Positions 18,840 through 31,565 of a stretch of DNA of 64,000 nt are shown piece by piece (positions within the stretch are counted from its first letter, which is position 1; every line of letters begins with the position of its first letter). The stretch is from the human T2T-CHM13v2.0 reference genome, Homo sapiens: the NCBI RefSeq assembly GCF_009914755.1, contig NC_060926.1, one strand, 5' to 3'. The notes under the pieces were generated by a model. The model ran no database searches. It saw nothing but the letters and a program-made list of their open reading frames with translations, and was not told the DNA's origin. Both the position numbers and the translations under genes were made by a program.

Positions 18840-21800
18840 TAAAAAGTAGCACCGACACCCTGAACTCAAGGTGCCAGCAGGATGGAGGGTGGCAAGGAGA
18901 ATCAGGGTCCCCGAGGCATTGTCCTGCGTGTTTTCTGGGAAGTTGATTTTGCTTTTCTAGAAACCAAACAGGAAAAACACCACCATAGTTCTCCAGAACC
19001 TTCTTCCTGGGCCAACTTCCTAACTTTTTGGGCTTCTCCAGAAAAAATATTTTTACTGAACTAATTTCCCAGATTAATTTTTTTTCCTCCCATTACCTCA
19101 GAAGACTTTCCAGCAGATGAGTTGAATGAAAAATCATCCTTGGGGAAAAAAAATCCTTGAGAGTAGAGAGAACGGTCCAGGCCTTGCTGCACCACACTCT
19201 GACCGTGGAGTCAGACAAAGGGGTTTGAATCCACTTTGCATCTGGAGGGTCTGGGGGAGGCCCAGGGAAACCCTGCAGCCCCCAGTCGGCTCCACATCTG
19301 CAGGACGGACTGGACAGCAGTGATGTCTCGCAGCCTCGGGGACGGAATAAGACCGTGTGGGCAGAGGGCACGCACGGGGGATGGGGAGACATCACACCCG
19401 CGGAGACTTCTGTGGCCCCTCCCCATGACCATGGCCCCCCCAAATGGCATAAAGGTCTGATTTCACAGATGAGAAAAGTGGAAAGTCACTGATTCAGTGC
19501 GTGGAAGTCAAAGACACGGCCACGGATTGGAGCCGTGGTCTGAGAATAGGAAGCCGGCCCGTGGGTTGCACCAGGACACCTGCACTGTCATGTGACTGCT
19601 CCTCTCTCGGGGCTCCAATCCCAGGCCCAGGCCGCCGCACTCAGGTGGGCACTGGCCTGTGGTTGGTGAGGTGGAGCAGACACCACTGGCCCCTGGGGTT
19701 CTCGGGGACTGGAGAAGGCAGAGAAGGCCGGACGGATCGCAGTTGATGAGGTTAAGAAAATGCCTGTAGTCCTGAGGCTGAGCTGGAAGTCTCGGTACCA
19801 ATGCAGGAAAGAAACAGTGGCTCACCAAGCAAGCTGAGTCCAGGCACCTTCTGTGAATTTGTTCCTCCCTGGGAGGAAGCAAAGCTCCCTGCAGACATGG
19901 CTGCTTCTAGCTTGGGGCCAGGGAAGGGACAAAGGGACCCTCCTAACATCGGTCAGGAGGCGTAGAGAACTCAGAGTAGGTGCCCACAACTGAAGCCCCT
20001 TGATGCCGCAACCCTGCGCCTCTGGGTGCTGAGAGCAGAAGCCCCTTGGCCCCTCAGGAGGGGGCCTCACTCATCCCCTGCTCAGTAGTGGGTGAGGGAC
20101 AGTGTTTCCTTCTGGAAGCGGCCCAGCGAGTGCAGAGGGGACAGGCCCGGAATGGCAGTGCTCTGGAGCCCCTGTGGGAGTGGTCCTGGTGGAGATCCAC
20201 CGCCGTGAGTACCCCAGAGAGGCCTCGGGCGCCAGGTGCCCTGGTGGACTGCACAGCCCCCCTTGAAAAGTCTCCCTGACACTAAGTTGACCCATGACCT
20301 GATAAAGCCTCCATCTCTAACCCCCAGTGCAGACCACTCTGGCTCTCACAAAGGCTGCGGCCACAGACCTCAGACAGCAGCTAGGCTGAGTGGGGAGTGG
20401 GCAGGTGGTGCCTGGCTGGTGGTGCCCCTCCCCTCCAGCCCCCTGACCCCTCAACTTAAATGTACAGTTGCAGGGACCTGCTTGGGAATTAGTATCCTGG
20501 GAGGGTTGTGGGCACGTTGCCTCTTCCCCTCCTGGACCCTTCCCCTTCCTGGAAACCTTGGCCTGGGGCGGGGTTTGGGGGTGGTGGTTTACGGGGCTTT
20601 CCAGAGCTCTCGGGACCCAGCCTTTATAGAGTTGACTTTCTCAGAGCCTTGTGAGGTGAGAGGTTCTGCACGGGGAGTAGAGCGCCCCACCCGGGAGTCC
20701 CCCGTCCTGCCTAGCTCCATGTGCAGGACGGCGCTGTGCGGCTCTAGGTGGAATGCACTGGGCTGGCCCTGCCGGCTATCTCAGCCCCGAGACCCACGAA
20801 GGCCCTGGCCGTGCTGTCCTCACATCAGCCCGGCCCTTTTCGTCCGGCGTGGAGAGTTCCAGCCTTTACGGTTGTCCAGGGCCGCGGAGGTAGCCAGGGC
20901 AGCATCCTGTTCCAGCACATCTCAGCCTCCCTGGGACAGGGGTCGCCGCTAACCTTGCGCCTTCCAACCAGGCAGCCTTCCCACGGGCCCATCCCTCCAG
21001 AAGGCCATGCCTTGGCTGGAACCAGCAGCTTTATTTAGCAAGGTCCCGGGTCCAGGCTGCCCTGTGACTCACAGGTAGCCGCCATGCCCGTAGGGGAACG
21101 GGATGACCCAGGATGCAGGCCCAGGAGCGGCTGCTACGCGGGAGGGGCTTCAGGATGACAAAACCCAGTGCCTTGGCCTCAGCAGGTGGACAGAACTGAC
21201 CACAGTAAGGGTTTCAGAAGCAGACATCAGACTCAGCTGGTCCTCCTCCACCCGGAGGAGCACAGGCCACTCTTCCTCTGAGCTTTGCCCAGCTCATGCC
21301 CAGCCCCAAGAATGCCCAGCCCCCTCTAATCCTCCCTGGTCAGGGACGCCTGCTCCCTTGTTGGGAAAGCTTCACAGCCTCTGAGTGGCCAACACTTGGC
21401 CTCTGTGTCTGCCCCAGAACAGGAGGATGTGGAACGGGGTGTGGCTAGGCATCTGAGCAGGGCTTTAATTAGCTGATGTCAGCTGAACTCCAGTGCCTGG
21501 TTTAACGGCAGAAACAAATCTTTTGGTTGAAGTTCTTTCAAAAGGAGAGAGAGAAATTCATTCTGAAGCTACTCTGCAGACCAAACACACCAAGGGAACA
21601 TTCTAGAGAGAAAACAACTCATTAAAACATTCCCAAAGCTAGTTTTGAAACCAAAGACAGGTATTTTGAAAAAATGTATTCATTTTACTTTTGAGTTTAT
21701 GATGACAAATGTTACACACAAGCAGAGAGAGTGAGATAAAGACAGTCATAAAATGCTGTTTATTTTAGGCATTTAAATTCCTTTCTGCTCAAAGGAACAG

Positions 21801-22043
21801 CGTGAACGGAATGCAGAGCAGACGCTGATCGAGCTGGATTCCTTTTCTCACTGAATGCTCTTTTGGTTCAATGAGATTCTGTGAGTGCATCTCCGAGTAG
21901 GGGCTGAGGGCACAGCTCTCCTGGCTCCTCTGCTCGGTTACATCTACACAGTGAATACGCCCCAGGTCCCAGCCTGGGATCCACAGAATCTTGATATTTT
22001 CCACTTCTGGAAAATAAACTTCTGTTTTCTCCAGTTCAGCTGA

Positions 22044-22394
<351 letters not shown>

Positions 22395-23299
22395 GAAAAT
22401 ATCTTTTACTTATTCGAAAGAGATTCAACAAAAGGCTCTTCAGACCTCAATCAGAACTGAGTCTGTCCAAACGTCAAGGAGCCCGGGTGTGCAGAACCTG
22501 CGGCACCTGCCTATCTCTCCTGTAAGGATTAGAACAGCAGCAAATGCAGAGCTGGTCGAAGTTTCCATCATGGTGGGGTACCTGCTGGCTCTGCCTTCTG
22601 CATCCTGGTCTGGAGCATAGGAAGGCCGCCCTGGGCCCATGAAGCCCCTCTGGTTCCTGCTTCAGACTGTGAAGTTGGCGGGGGGATGGGGGGACCAGGG
22701 TGGTCTGGTGCTCCAGTTTCCCCCAAAACCAGTGTCCTCAGGTTTTCACCCCCATGCAGGAGGTGCTGGCCTCAGACATAGAGAGAAGTGAGGCCACAGG
22801 TCACCCTGTGGGCAGGGAAGCTGGCCTCCACCCGGGCTCCAGATTTGTGGTGTCTGAGAAACTTGTGCCAGTGTGGAGTGGCCTGAGCTTTGCTCAAGGG
22901 TCTCATGGTGGGAGATGGATTTGGGCAGGAAGGTCCAGGCTGTACCAGGCTCCTTCTTCTGAACTGGGGCCCAAGACTACAGGGCAGGAGAGGGTGGTTG
23001 GGGGAAAAAATCTTTGCCCAGAGCTCCTCACCAGGTTTGACTCTCCAAAAACATTAAGGGACCACAAGATGTTGGTGTTACTGGGTGAGTAAAGGGGTGA
23101 GGTCTCTGAGCTGTAGAAAGACCCCTACTCTGTGTTTTTTGCACAAATCAAACCCTTAGATTCAGTATGGTGATTTGGTAACACCACCTGCACCTTCACC
23201 GACTATAGGACCCAGCCAGTGGTGTAATTTTGACTAATGAGCTGCGAGGTGGTCTTCTTGTGGGCTTTGGACAGGATTTTGTTATTCTTAAAAGTAAGA

Positions 23300-24350
23300 C
23301 CATGGGCAAACAATGAACAGTTGGAAAATGAAATTAAACAAATTCTACTTACAATGTCAGCAAGAACCATGATATATATATGTTATATATATTTAACATG
23401 GTGTTAAGACCTGTACACTGCAAGCCACTCTGCACTGTAGAGAGAAATTAGAGATAACATCAAAACCTGAAGAGAGACAGGGATGCTCAGTATGCATGAG
23501 TCATCAGTTCTCCCCAAATGAAACCATAGATTTAATGCAATCCAAGTTGAAATCCAGCAGGCTTTTTCTGTAGAAACTGGCGAGTTGGTTTCATGACTCA
23601 CTATAAAACAACAGTAATGACACCATGGCACTGCTGTAAGGATAAACACATTGATCAAAGCAACAGCAGAGTCCCAAAATAGACCCACATGTGTGGGATC
23701 AATAGGTTTTTGTTAAAGGTGCCAAGGTGCCTCAGCAGAGTGAAGAAAAGTTGCTGGAATAATCATGAGTGTCCACATGGGGAAAAAAAATGAACCTTGA
23801 TCCCTACCTCACACTATACATAAACTTAACCCCAAAAAGACTAAAACTGCAAAACTTTAGACGAAAATGTCAAAGAAAATCTGTGTAACTTTTGGGCAGG
23901 TTGGGGGGGCCGACTTTTTCTGAAATGGGCAGAGTGAATATCCTGGATTTGGTGGGTTGCAGGTCTGTGGCAATGACTGAACTCAATGGCTGTGGCCTGA
24001 AGGTGGTCCACACAATGAGCATGGCACTGCGCCAATAAAACTTTATTTACAAACACTGGTATCCGGGCCATGGGCCATAGTTTGCCAGCCCCTGAAGTAG
24101 GCAAATATTGCTTAGACAGGACGCAAAAGGCATTCATGAAAAACAACGAGATAAAATTGACATCAAAATCAACAAATTTTACTCTTTGAAAAGCTTGTTT
24201 CAAAATGAAAAGACAAACCACAGACTGGGAGAACATATTTGTAAAGCACGCATCCAACACAAGACTCGTATGTGGAATCTACAAGGATTCTTAATACTCA
24301 GTAATAAGACAAGCGACATAATAGACAGGGGCAGAAGACCGGAGTGGACC
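23300..24350 (+). mobile_element. Old L1M ORF2 3' fragments interrupted by MER58
   Basis: agatttaatgcaatcc, cagagtcccaaaatagacccacat, gaaccttgatccctacctcacac, aaaagacaaaccacagactgggagaacatatttg. Confidence 0.75.
23900..24093. mobile_element. MER58A-like hAT DNA transposon
   Basis: ccaataaaactttatttacaaa...gggccatagtttgccagcccctg. Confidence 0.7.
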
Positions 24351-24379
24351 CTTTGAAAAGGGCCTCTTCTGTGAAGAGG

Positions 24380-25060
24380 CCTGGGCGCCAGAGCGGAGGG
24401 ATGGGGCGCAGCTGCCTCCCAGGGACAGGGTTCAGAGCCTCCGATGGCCTGTGAGGGAGGCGGACATGCCTGACCCTAAACAGAAGCAGAGGGAAGGGGC
24501 CGCAGGGCCGGTGGGGAGCAAAAGGCAGCGCAGGGCCCGTGGCCCAGCCCCCACCTGATGGCCCCCACACGCCCCAGGGCCCCGCGCACGCCCCGCCCCG
24601 CAGCTCGTGTTGTTTCCAGACGCGCCCTCGTGTGCACGGGCAGGGCCTCCTCCCCAGGCTCAGCGGGCGTGCAGGTTGGTCGTGTGTCCGCTGGAGGCCG
24701 CTTTGCCGCGGGGCCCTCAGGGAAGGCCTCCAGCCACCTGCGCTCACCGGGATGGGCTCCGGAGGCGACGGCCGCGTGATGGTCACGACGGGGCTGGCTG
24801 GCGGGCAGGGGGTGGGGGGCTCCGTAGCCCCGTGGCTTGTCTGTGCGCTCCTTCCCCTGCCTGTGATCTCTGACTCCTCCCGCCTCTCCCGCAGCCCTCG
24901 GAGGGGAGGTCCTCCACGGCGGGACGCTGGGCCCGCGTAGGGCTGCGGAGGACGCGGTGGGGACGGAGTGGCTGCTGTGGCTGTGCCTGCCCCGTGGGTG
25001 CACGATGGGCCGGGAGACGAAAACTCACTTGCACTTGCCGTGACAACAGGCGGCAGACAG
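24380..25060. promoter_or_regulatory. CpG-island-like GC-rich segment
   Basis: Dense CpG, with GC boxes (gccccgccccg ~24590). Confidence 0.5.
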
Positions 25061-25809
25061 TAGGGAGACCTTGAGTCTTTGGCAAAGACCTTGTTTTCCT
25101 CGGTGTTTCCCCTCCTCACCAGTTCACAATCCCCCAGTGCCCTGGAAGCCACAGTGGAGACGCCTTTTATCCACTCACCCGCTGCACCTGGAAGCTGAGT
25201 GCTCCCTTCCACGGGCCGGAGTGGGAGAAGAGGGTAGGAATGATTCCCTTGGGGGATAAGAATCCTGGACTCAGGATTAAGGGTGAAACTGAATTGGGAC
25301 ACACACATTCTGTATGGTATGTGCAATGTGTAATATTGTACACGCATATGTGGGTATATGTGATGACGGACGATTCGGCCTCCCCGAGACACAGCCAAGG
25401 CCTGGAGCTCTCTCTCATGTTCTCAGGGAGCCCAGGGTGCCTGGGGGTTGTGCAGGGTGTGTAGGCATTGGTCAGCTCTACCTGGGGTCCATGAGCTCAT
25501 GCTCCCCGAGATCTTAGGATGCTTTGGAAGCGCTCTCCACTGGCCGGCCTTGCGGTTGTCATCCTGACATGCTAGCCCTGCCCTGAACGCCCCCGGGGAC
25601 TCTGCACCGTGGCAGTTCACGTCAGCCACGTGCTCATCCCCACCCGCCAACCCCCACACAGCCCTGGGTCTCCCGCCTTGTCTGTCTTACAGTAGTAAGT
25701 GGTACAATATTGATGCCAACAGGGGAGCATGGAACCAAGGCCAGCAAGCTCCTGTTTACACCATGAGCATTAAGCTAATGGTGTTGCCTGTGTTTCAGGG
25801 CTACACTGA

Positions 25810-25944
25810 TTTTTAAAAATGTTTTTATAGAGACACAGTCTTGCTGTGTTGCCCGGGCTGGTCATGAACTCCTGGGCTCAAGCAGTTCTCCCGCCTCAGC
25901 CTCTGAAGGCACTGGGATGAAAGCTGTGAGCGCCCATGCGGTCC
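25810..25944 (-). mobile_element. FLAM / Alu monomer
   Basis: Single Alu arm with ctcctgggctcaagc; TSD-like ctacact on both sides. Confidence 0.75.
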
Positions 25945-26039
25945 TACACTAAATTTTCTAAAGCAAAAAACCAAAACCAAATCAGAACTCAATACGTGTG
26001 TCATCTGCTTGGTGTGTCCACACTGCTGGAGGTGTCTGA

Positions 26040-26795
26040 ACTTCTAAATAATCCACTGGGTCCAAGAACAAACCACAAAGAAAGGTAGAATACAGCGATG
26101 GGAATAAAAATGAAAACACAACATTAAAATGTAGAAGATGAAGATAGCTGTGCTTAGAGAGAATTTTCTGGCATTACATTGCAAAAGGAGAACGATCAAA
26201 ATCAGTGATGCAGTTCTGAACTTAGGAAGCTGAGAAGTAGGGTGAATTTATCTAGGATTGAGTAGAAGGGAGGAAATAAAGTTAATTCACTGGTTAGATT
26301 TAGAAAACAGGAAAACAGTGAAACCAGAAAATAGGCAAACAGTAAGAAAGGTAATGAACCCAAATGTAGGTTGTTTGAAAAAAAGCCAATACAATTTGAT
26401 AAACCTATAGTAGGTAAGATGAAAACAGAGGAGATATTACTGATACTGCGAATGACAGAGGGATGTCACTTCAAATCCTAGAGACAGTTAAAAGGGTCTT
26501 AGGGAACAATTTTACCATAGTCATTCAACAGAATCTTTGTAAGTCTTTAACATCTTTGGAAGACACAAATTATTAAAACTTAAGAAAAAATAGAACATCC
26601 TAATAGCCTTATAATTCTTAAAAGAATTGAATTTGTAACTTAAGAACTTCCCTAGAAGAAGTCCAGGCCCAGATGGCATCACTGGTGAATTCATCAACCA
26701 TGATGGAAGAAATTATATCAATCCCACCTAAACTCTTTCAGAAAATAGAGGTGCATGGAACACTTCCCAACCAAATATGAGGCCTGTGTTGCCCT
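26040..26795 (+). mobile_element. Old L1M ORF2 fragment, part 1
   Basis: ccaggcccagatggcatcactggtgaattc, aaactctttcagaaaatagag, tatgaggcc. Confidence 0.75.
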
Positions 26796-28444
26796 TGTTG
26801 GGGCTCAGAAAATGATACCTCAAAATAAGGATCCAAAGAAGCAGCCCTAAGGTCTATTCGAGCTCCAAAATCTCTTGACCCCTTGCCTCTTCCAAGCATA
26901 GGAGAAGGCCACTCTCCCAAGGCTCTCGTCTACCAAGAAACCAGACCCCCAAAGAGAAACAAAATTGCTTTCCATTCCTTCCCTGAAATTCCATGAACCA
27001 GAGAAGATAAAAATTCACATCACATAGGAGGATTCTGAACGTCAGACACCACATCTAGAGCCCAGGTGAACTTCCTAGAGCTCTCGTGAACTTTCTAGAG
27101 CCCAGGTGAACTTCCTAGAGCCCACACGAATTTCCTGGAGACCAGAGACCAGGTGAACTTCCTAGAGCTCAGGTGAACTTCCTGGAGACCAGGTGAACTA
27201 CCTAGAGCCTGGGTGAACTACCTGGAGCATGGGTGAACTTCCTAGAGCCCATGTGAACTTCCTGGCCCCCATGTGAACTTCCTGGAGCTCACGTGAACTT
27301 CCTGGAGCCCGGGTGAACTTCCTGGAGCCCAGGTGAACTTCCTGGAGCCTGGATGAACTTCCTAGGGCAGAAGTGAACTTCCTAGAGCCCAGGCAAACTT
27401 TCTAGAGCCCAGGCGAACTTCCTAGAACCCAGGTGAACTTCTTACAGCCCAAGTGAACTTCCTGGAACCCGAATGAGCTTCCTGGAGCAAGGGTGAACCT
27501 CCCAGAGCTCTCATGAACTTCATAGAGCCTCCGTTTACTTTCTAAAGCCCAGGTGAACTTCCTGTAACCTGGGTGAACTTCCTGGAGACTAGGTGGACTT
27601 CCTAGAGCCAGGTGAACTTCCCGTAACCCGAGTGGACTTTCTAGAGCTAAGGTGAACTTTCTGGAGCCCAAGTGAACTTCCTAGGTCCTGGGTGAACTTC
27701 CTGGAGCCCAGGTGAACTTTATGGAACCTAGATGAATTTCCTGGAGTGTGGGTAAACTTCCTAGAGTCCACGTGAACTTCCTAGAGCCTGAGCGAATGTC
27801 CCAGAGCCTGGGCGAATTTCCTGCACCCAAGGTGAACTTCCTGGAGCCAAGGTGAACTTCCTGGAGCCAAGGTGAACTTTCTAGAGCCCAGGTGAACTTC
27901 CAAGGTGAACTTCCTGGAGCTGAGGTGAACTTCCTGGAGCCGAGGTGAACTTCCTAGAGCCCACGTGAATTTCCTGGAGTCCATATGAACTTCCTGGAGC
28001 CCAGGTGAACCTCTGGAGCCCGGGTGAACTTCCTGGAGCCCAGGTGAACTTCCTAGGGCCCACGTGAACTTCCTGGAGCCTGGGTGAACTTCCTGGAGCC
28101 CAGGTGAACTTCCTGGCACCGAGTGAACTGCCAACGTTGTCCCAAGCCATTGTTTGTTCTCAGGTTTCATTCAATTACCAGAGAATCTTTGATAACGCTG
28201 CCTCCAGGGTCCATTCACTCCCTCCTGAAAATCATTTCCTCTCACACCCCCATCTCCCCTCCCCTGTGAAGAAGGATGTGGACCTCACTGGGTTATTGGG
28301 TAATTATTCTCCTGTGATTCTCCCATGCTGTTAATGTTAAGATAAATTTCTATGCTTTTCCTCCTATTAATCCACCTTTTGTCAGTGTATTTTCTGTGAA
28401 CTTTCCGAGGGTGAAGGTGGAAGTTTTCCCTCTTTGCTTCGGCA
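26796..28444 (+). mobile_element. MER39-like ERV1 solo LTR, expanded by an internal VNTR and inserted in L1
   Basis: Starts tgttggggctcagaaaatgatacctcaaaata; ends ctcctattaatccaccttttgtcagt...gaagttttccct...ca; the L1 resumes collinearly (tcctggtacaaaaac). Confidence 0.7.
27055..28129. repeat. Minisatellite, 20-bp unit GAGCCCAGGTGAACTTCCT(A/G), ~53 copies
   Basis: Direct periodicity. Confidence 0.97.
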
Positions 28445-29490
28445 TCCTGGTACAAAAACTAAAGCCATCGCACAGAAAAGAAAACGAAACACCAGGGAGT
28501 CTATGAACGTAGATGCGAAGTCCATAGCAAAACATTAGCACCTCCAATCCAGCAGAGGGCAGTCCACCCTGACTTAATGCAGATCATCTCAGGAATGCAG
28601 GGTTGGTTTCACATCTGAAACTCAATCCATGTAATTCACAGTATTAAAAAGAATGAGGGAAAGTATTCCAACAAGACACAGTATGATTACTTCAATATAC
28701 ACAATACAAGCATTTGATACAGTCCAGCAGCCACTCGTGAAACAAGAGGAAACAAAGCACACAGCAAACAGAAAAAGAAGGCACGTTCCTCAACTTGGTA
28801 AAGGGCGTTCATGGAAAACCTGCAGCTTTCATCATCCACAGCCTCAACCTCCAGATGTGCTTCCCCATGCCTGGGACAAGGCCAGGACCTCTGAGTTGAG
28901 TTACATTAGACTTAGGTTGCACTGGAGAGTCCCATGGGCAGCAAGGCAAGAAAATAACTCAGGCATCCATGTTGGAAAAGAAGAGGAACCACTTTCTTCT
29001 GTAGGTGCCATGATCAAGTTTATGGAAATTTTAAGTTTCAAGTTTAAGGGAAATTTTAAAGTTATTAGAACATTAGTTCTGATACTAAATTACTAATTAT
29101 TGAGTTGACTTCAGGACTGCAAAACAGAATGTCAATATTCAAAACCCAAATTTCTCTGAACAAATTTTTCTACACCAGCACTGAACAGCTGGATATCACT
29201 TACAATGGCTTCAAGCAATATAAAATATGTAGGGAAAGCATTGAATAAATACGTGCAAGACCCATGCACTGAAAGCTACAAAACACTGCTGGGATAATTC
29301 AAAGGAGATTCAAAGATGTGGCGAGACGGGAGACTCAGGGGTCATGAGTTATGGTCGCCGGTTCCTTGCTCTGGACCTATTATATCCGCTGTATTATTGC
29401 GGTGCCCACACCTATTTTATGCATGCAAAGCAAGGACAAAATTAGGATGACCCTATCCATACTGCAACAAAACAAAGTACAGCTGGAGGT
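28445..29490 (+). mobile_element. Old L1M ORF2 fragment, part 2 (RT region)
   Basis: caggaatgcagggttggtttcacat, aagcatttgatac, gcaaggcaagaaaa, cactgaaagctacaaaacactgctg. Confidence 0.7.
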
Positions 29491-30959
29491 GGAACGAGGT
29501 TTTATGCAGAGCCCATTGTGTGAGATGTCTGCTGCTTGGTATCACTTGGTATTTTATAAGACTTCACATTGGTTCAACTGGCTCCAGGTTTCTTAGCCCA
29601 TGATTCCTTGCTGGGCTCCAGCGGTTTTTCGGCCTGTTTTAGAGAAGTGCCTTGGCTGCAGTGGATTTGAGCATTTTTGTAGGAATTGGAGTGAAAGTGC
29701 AGCCACTTGCATTTCTGAATGGTCACATGGAGCCCAAGGTAGAGGCAATTTTACCACTGGTGCAGAATGATCATTAAGACCACATCCCTTGAGGGACACC
29801 CCACTTCCTCCAACGTTCCAAGTTCCCTCCTACACTTTGTGCACGTGAGAGCTGCCTGGGCCTGGCCGGGCTTAGGGGTGGGGTGGTGGGATGGGCTGTC
29901 ATGGGCATGGTGCCTGGCCCCTCCCCTGAGCCTGCAGCTTCCACGTCTGCCTGCTCTGCTCACTCCCTGCTACCTCCAGGCTGTCATCTGTTGTTTGAGG
30001 TTGGGGTTCCTTGTTTTCTGGGTTGTCAGGGAGGGTGTCAGTCCATTGGGCCAGGAGCAGACCAGCTGCACAGGATGGCGGCCTGTCACAACGTCAGGGA
30101 CTGGCCTGGCTTTGGAAGCGTGGCTGACAGCCGGCGGGGCTGTGTTTGCAGGACGTGGAGGCTGGGGTGTGGGGAGCCCCGCACAAGGCATGTTCCAGTT
30201 GCTCCGGTGGGATGTGACGTGGTTACACCAGGGGAGTGGGAGGAGGTGGGTGCGGCGGGGAGGGGGTAGAACAAGAGAAGTCACTTTGGAGGGAGAGAAG
30301 GGCTTCGTGGCTCAGGCGTCTGAAAGGTCAGGAAGAGCCATGTAGAGTAAGAGGGACAAAGAGGAGAGAGTCTGTCTCAGTCCATGGGACCCCTGATGGA
30401 GAACGGAATTGCACCATGGCTGCCTGGGCAGGGACCAGCATCATGGTTCTGTCTCATGTCTGGACCCCTGTGTCCTCATGCTGCCTGCAGTGGGTGGATT
30501 GCAAACACTCCTTTGCCTAGGCGCTGTGTGAAAAGTCCAGTGGAAATCTTGATTCAGCAGAAGTGCCTTCACAACGGGCCCATAAGTCCTCCTGGAAATC
30601 TTTACCATACGTAAACCCAGACATGGCACCACAGGCAATGGCCCGATCAGGCCTCAGAGGAGTGCTTGCAGCTGTGGTTCCGGCTTCAGGAATTCCTAAA
30701 ATTTACAGTGGCATTTCAGGCCTTGTGCTGTTGGGCCGCTGGATTATTTTATTTGTTAAAGAATGTATTTCTGTGTGCTAGCTCTGGCTTAATTTCTTGT
30801 TATTTTGGAAAGCTGGACATCTTAATTTTCCTTTAATTGCATTGGCACTGTGAGTGGATGGGATAAACTATTAGCAGCGGTGGCGGGTCGTGGCTGTCTG
30901 GCTGTCGTCCCTGCTGTGTGTGCTGTTGGGGCACCGCATTACTGCTCTGGGTCCTCTGT

Positions 30960-31565
30960 GTAATGCATCAGGTTCCTGTGGGTGCCGTAACCAGTGACTC
31001 TTACTCAGCCACAGCAGCTCACATTCATCGCCCACGGCTCTGTGGGCCAGGAGTCAGGGGCTGCACTGGGTCCCCTGCTAAGGGTCTCACAAGGACAAAA
31101 TCGAGGCGTTGACTGGGCTGGGCTTTATCTGGGGTCTCTGAGAAGGGAACCTGCTTCCAGGGCCATCCAGGGAGTGTGCAGAGTCCAGTCCTTGTAGTGC
31201 AGGACAGGGGTCCCCCTTCCTCGCCACTCTCAGCCTCTCAGCCCCGTGAGGCCGTCTGCACTCCCCATCATGTCCCCTTCCCCACCCGACGTCTTCAAAT
31301 CATCAGGAGTGGCTTGAGACCTTCTATCGCTTCAAACCCTCTGCAGTCCCTTTCTGCAGACTCTCTTCCGTGTCTGCTTGGAGAAGCTTCCCTGCATTCC
31401 AGGGTTCATGTCATTGCCCTCTGCCTGCTGGATAGTCCCAGATACTCCCCCTGTTTTAAGGTCAGTAACCTTATTTGCATCTGTAAAGCCCATTTTGCCA
31501 TGGGACAGCGTTTGCTCACAGGTTGTGGGGACTGGAGTGTGGGCGTTTTGGGGGGCATTTATCCC
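30960..31565 (-). mobile_element. MLT1 (E/F-like) MaLR LTR
   Basis: ctctgtgggccaggagtc, gggaacctgcttccagg, atctgtaaagcccattttgccatg, cacaggttgtggggactggagtgtgggc. Confidence 0.65.

Noticed and set aside
20236-20952. 238-aa ORF, and similar 200-250-aa ORFs at 41385 and 43252
   Set aside because: No recognisable homology; expected by chance in GC-rich DNA; the 43252 ORF runs into an LTR
24298-25398. 366-aa minus-strand ORF
   Set aside because: GC-rich stop-poor sequence, no recognisable domain, runs into an L1 remnant
27055-28129. CRISPR-like array of short hairpin-forming repeats
   Set aside because: No unique spacers, no cas genes and a eukaryotic context; the same applies to all other arrays
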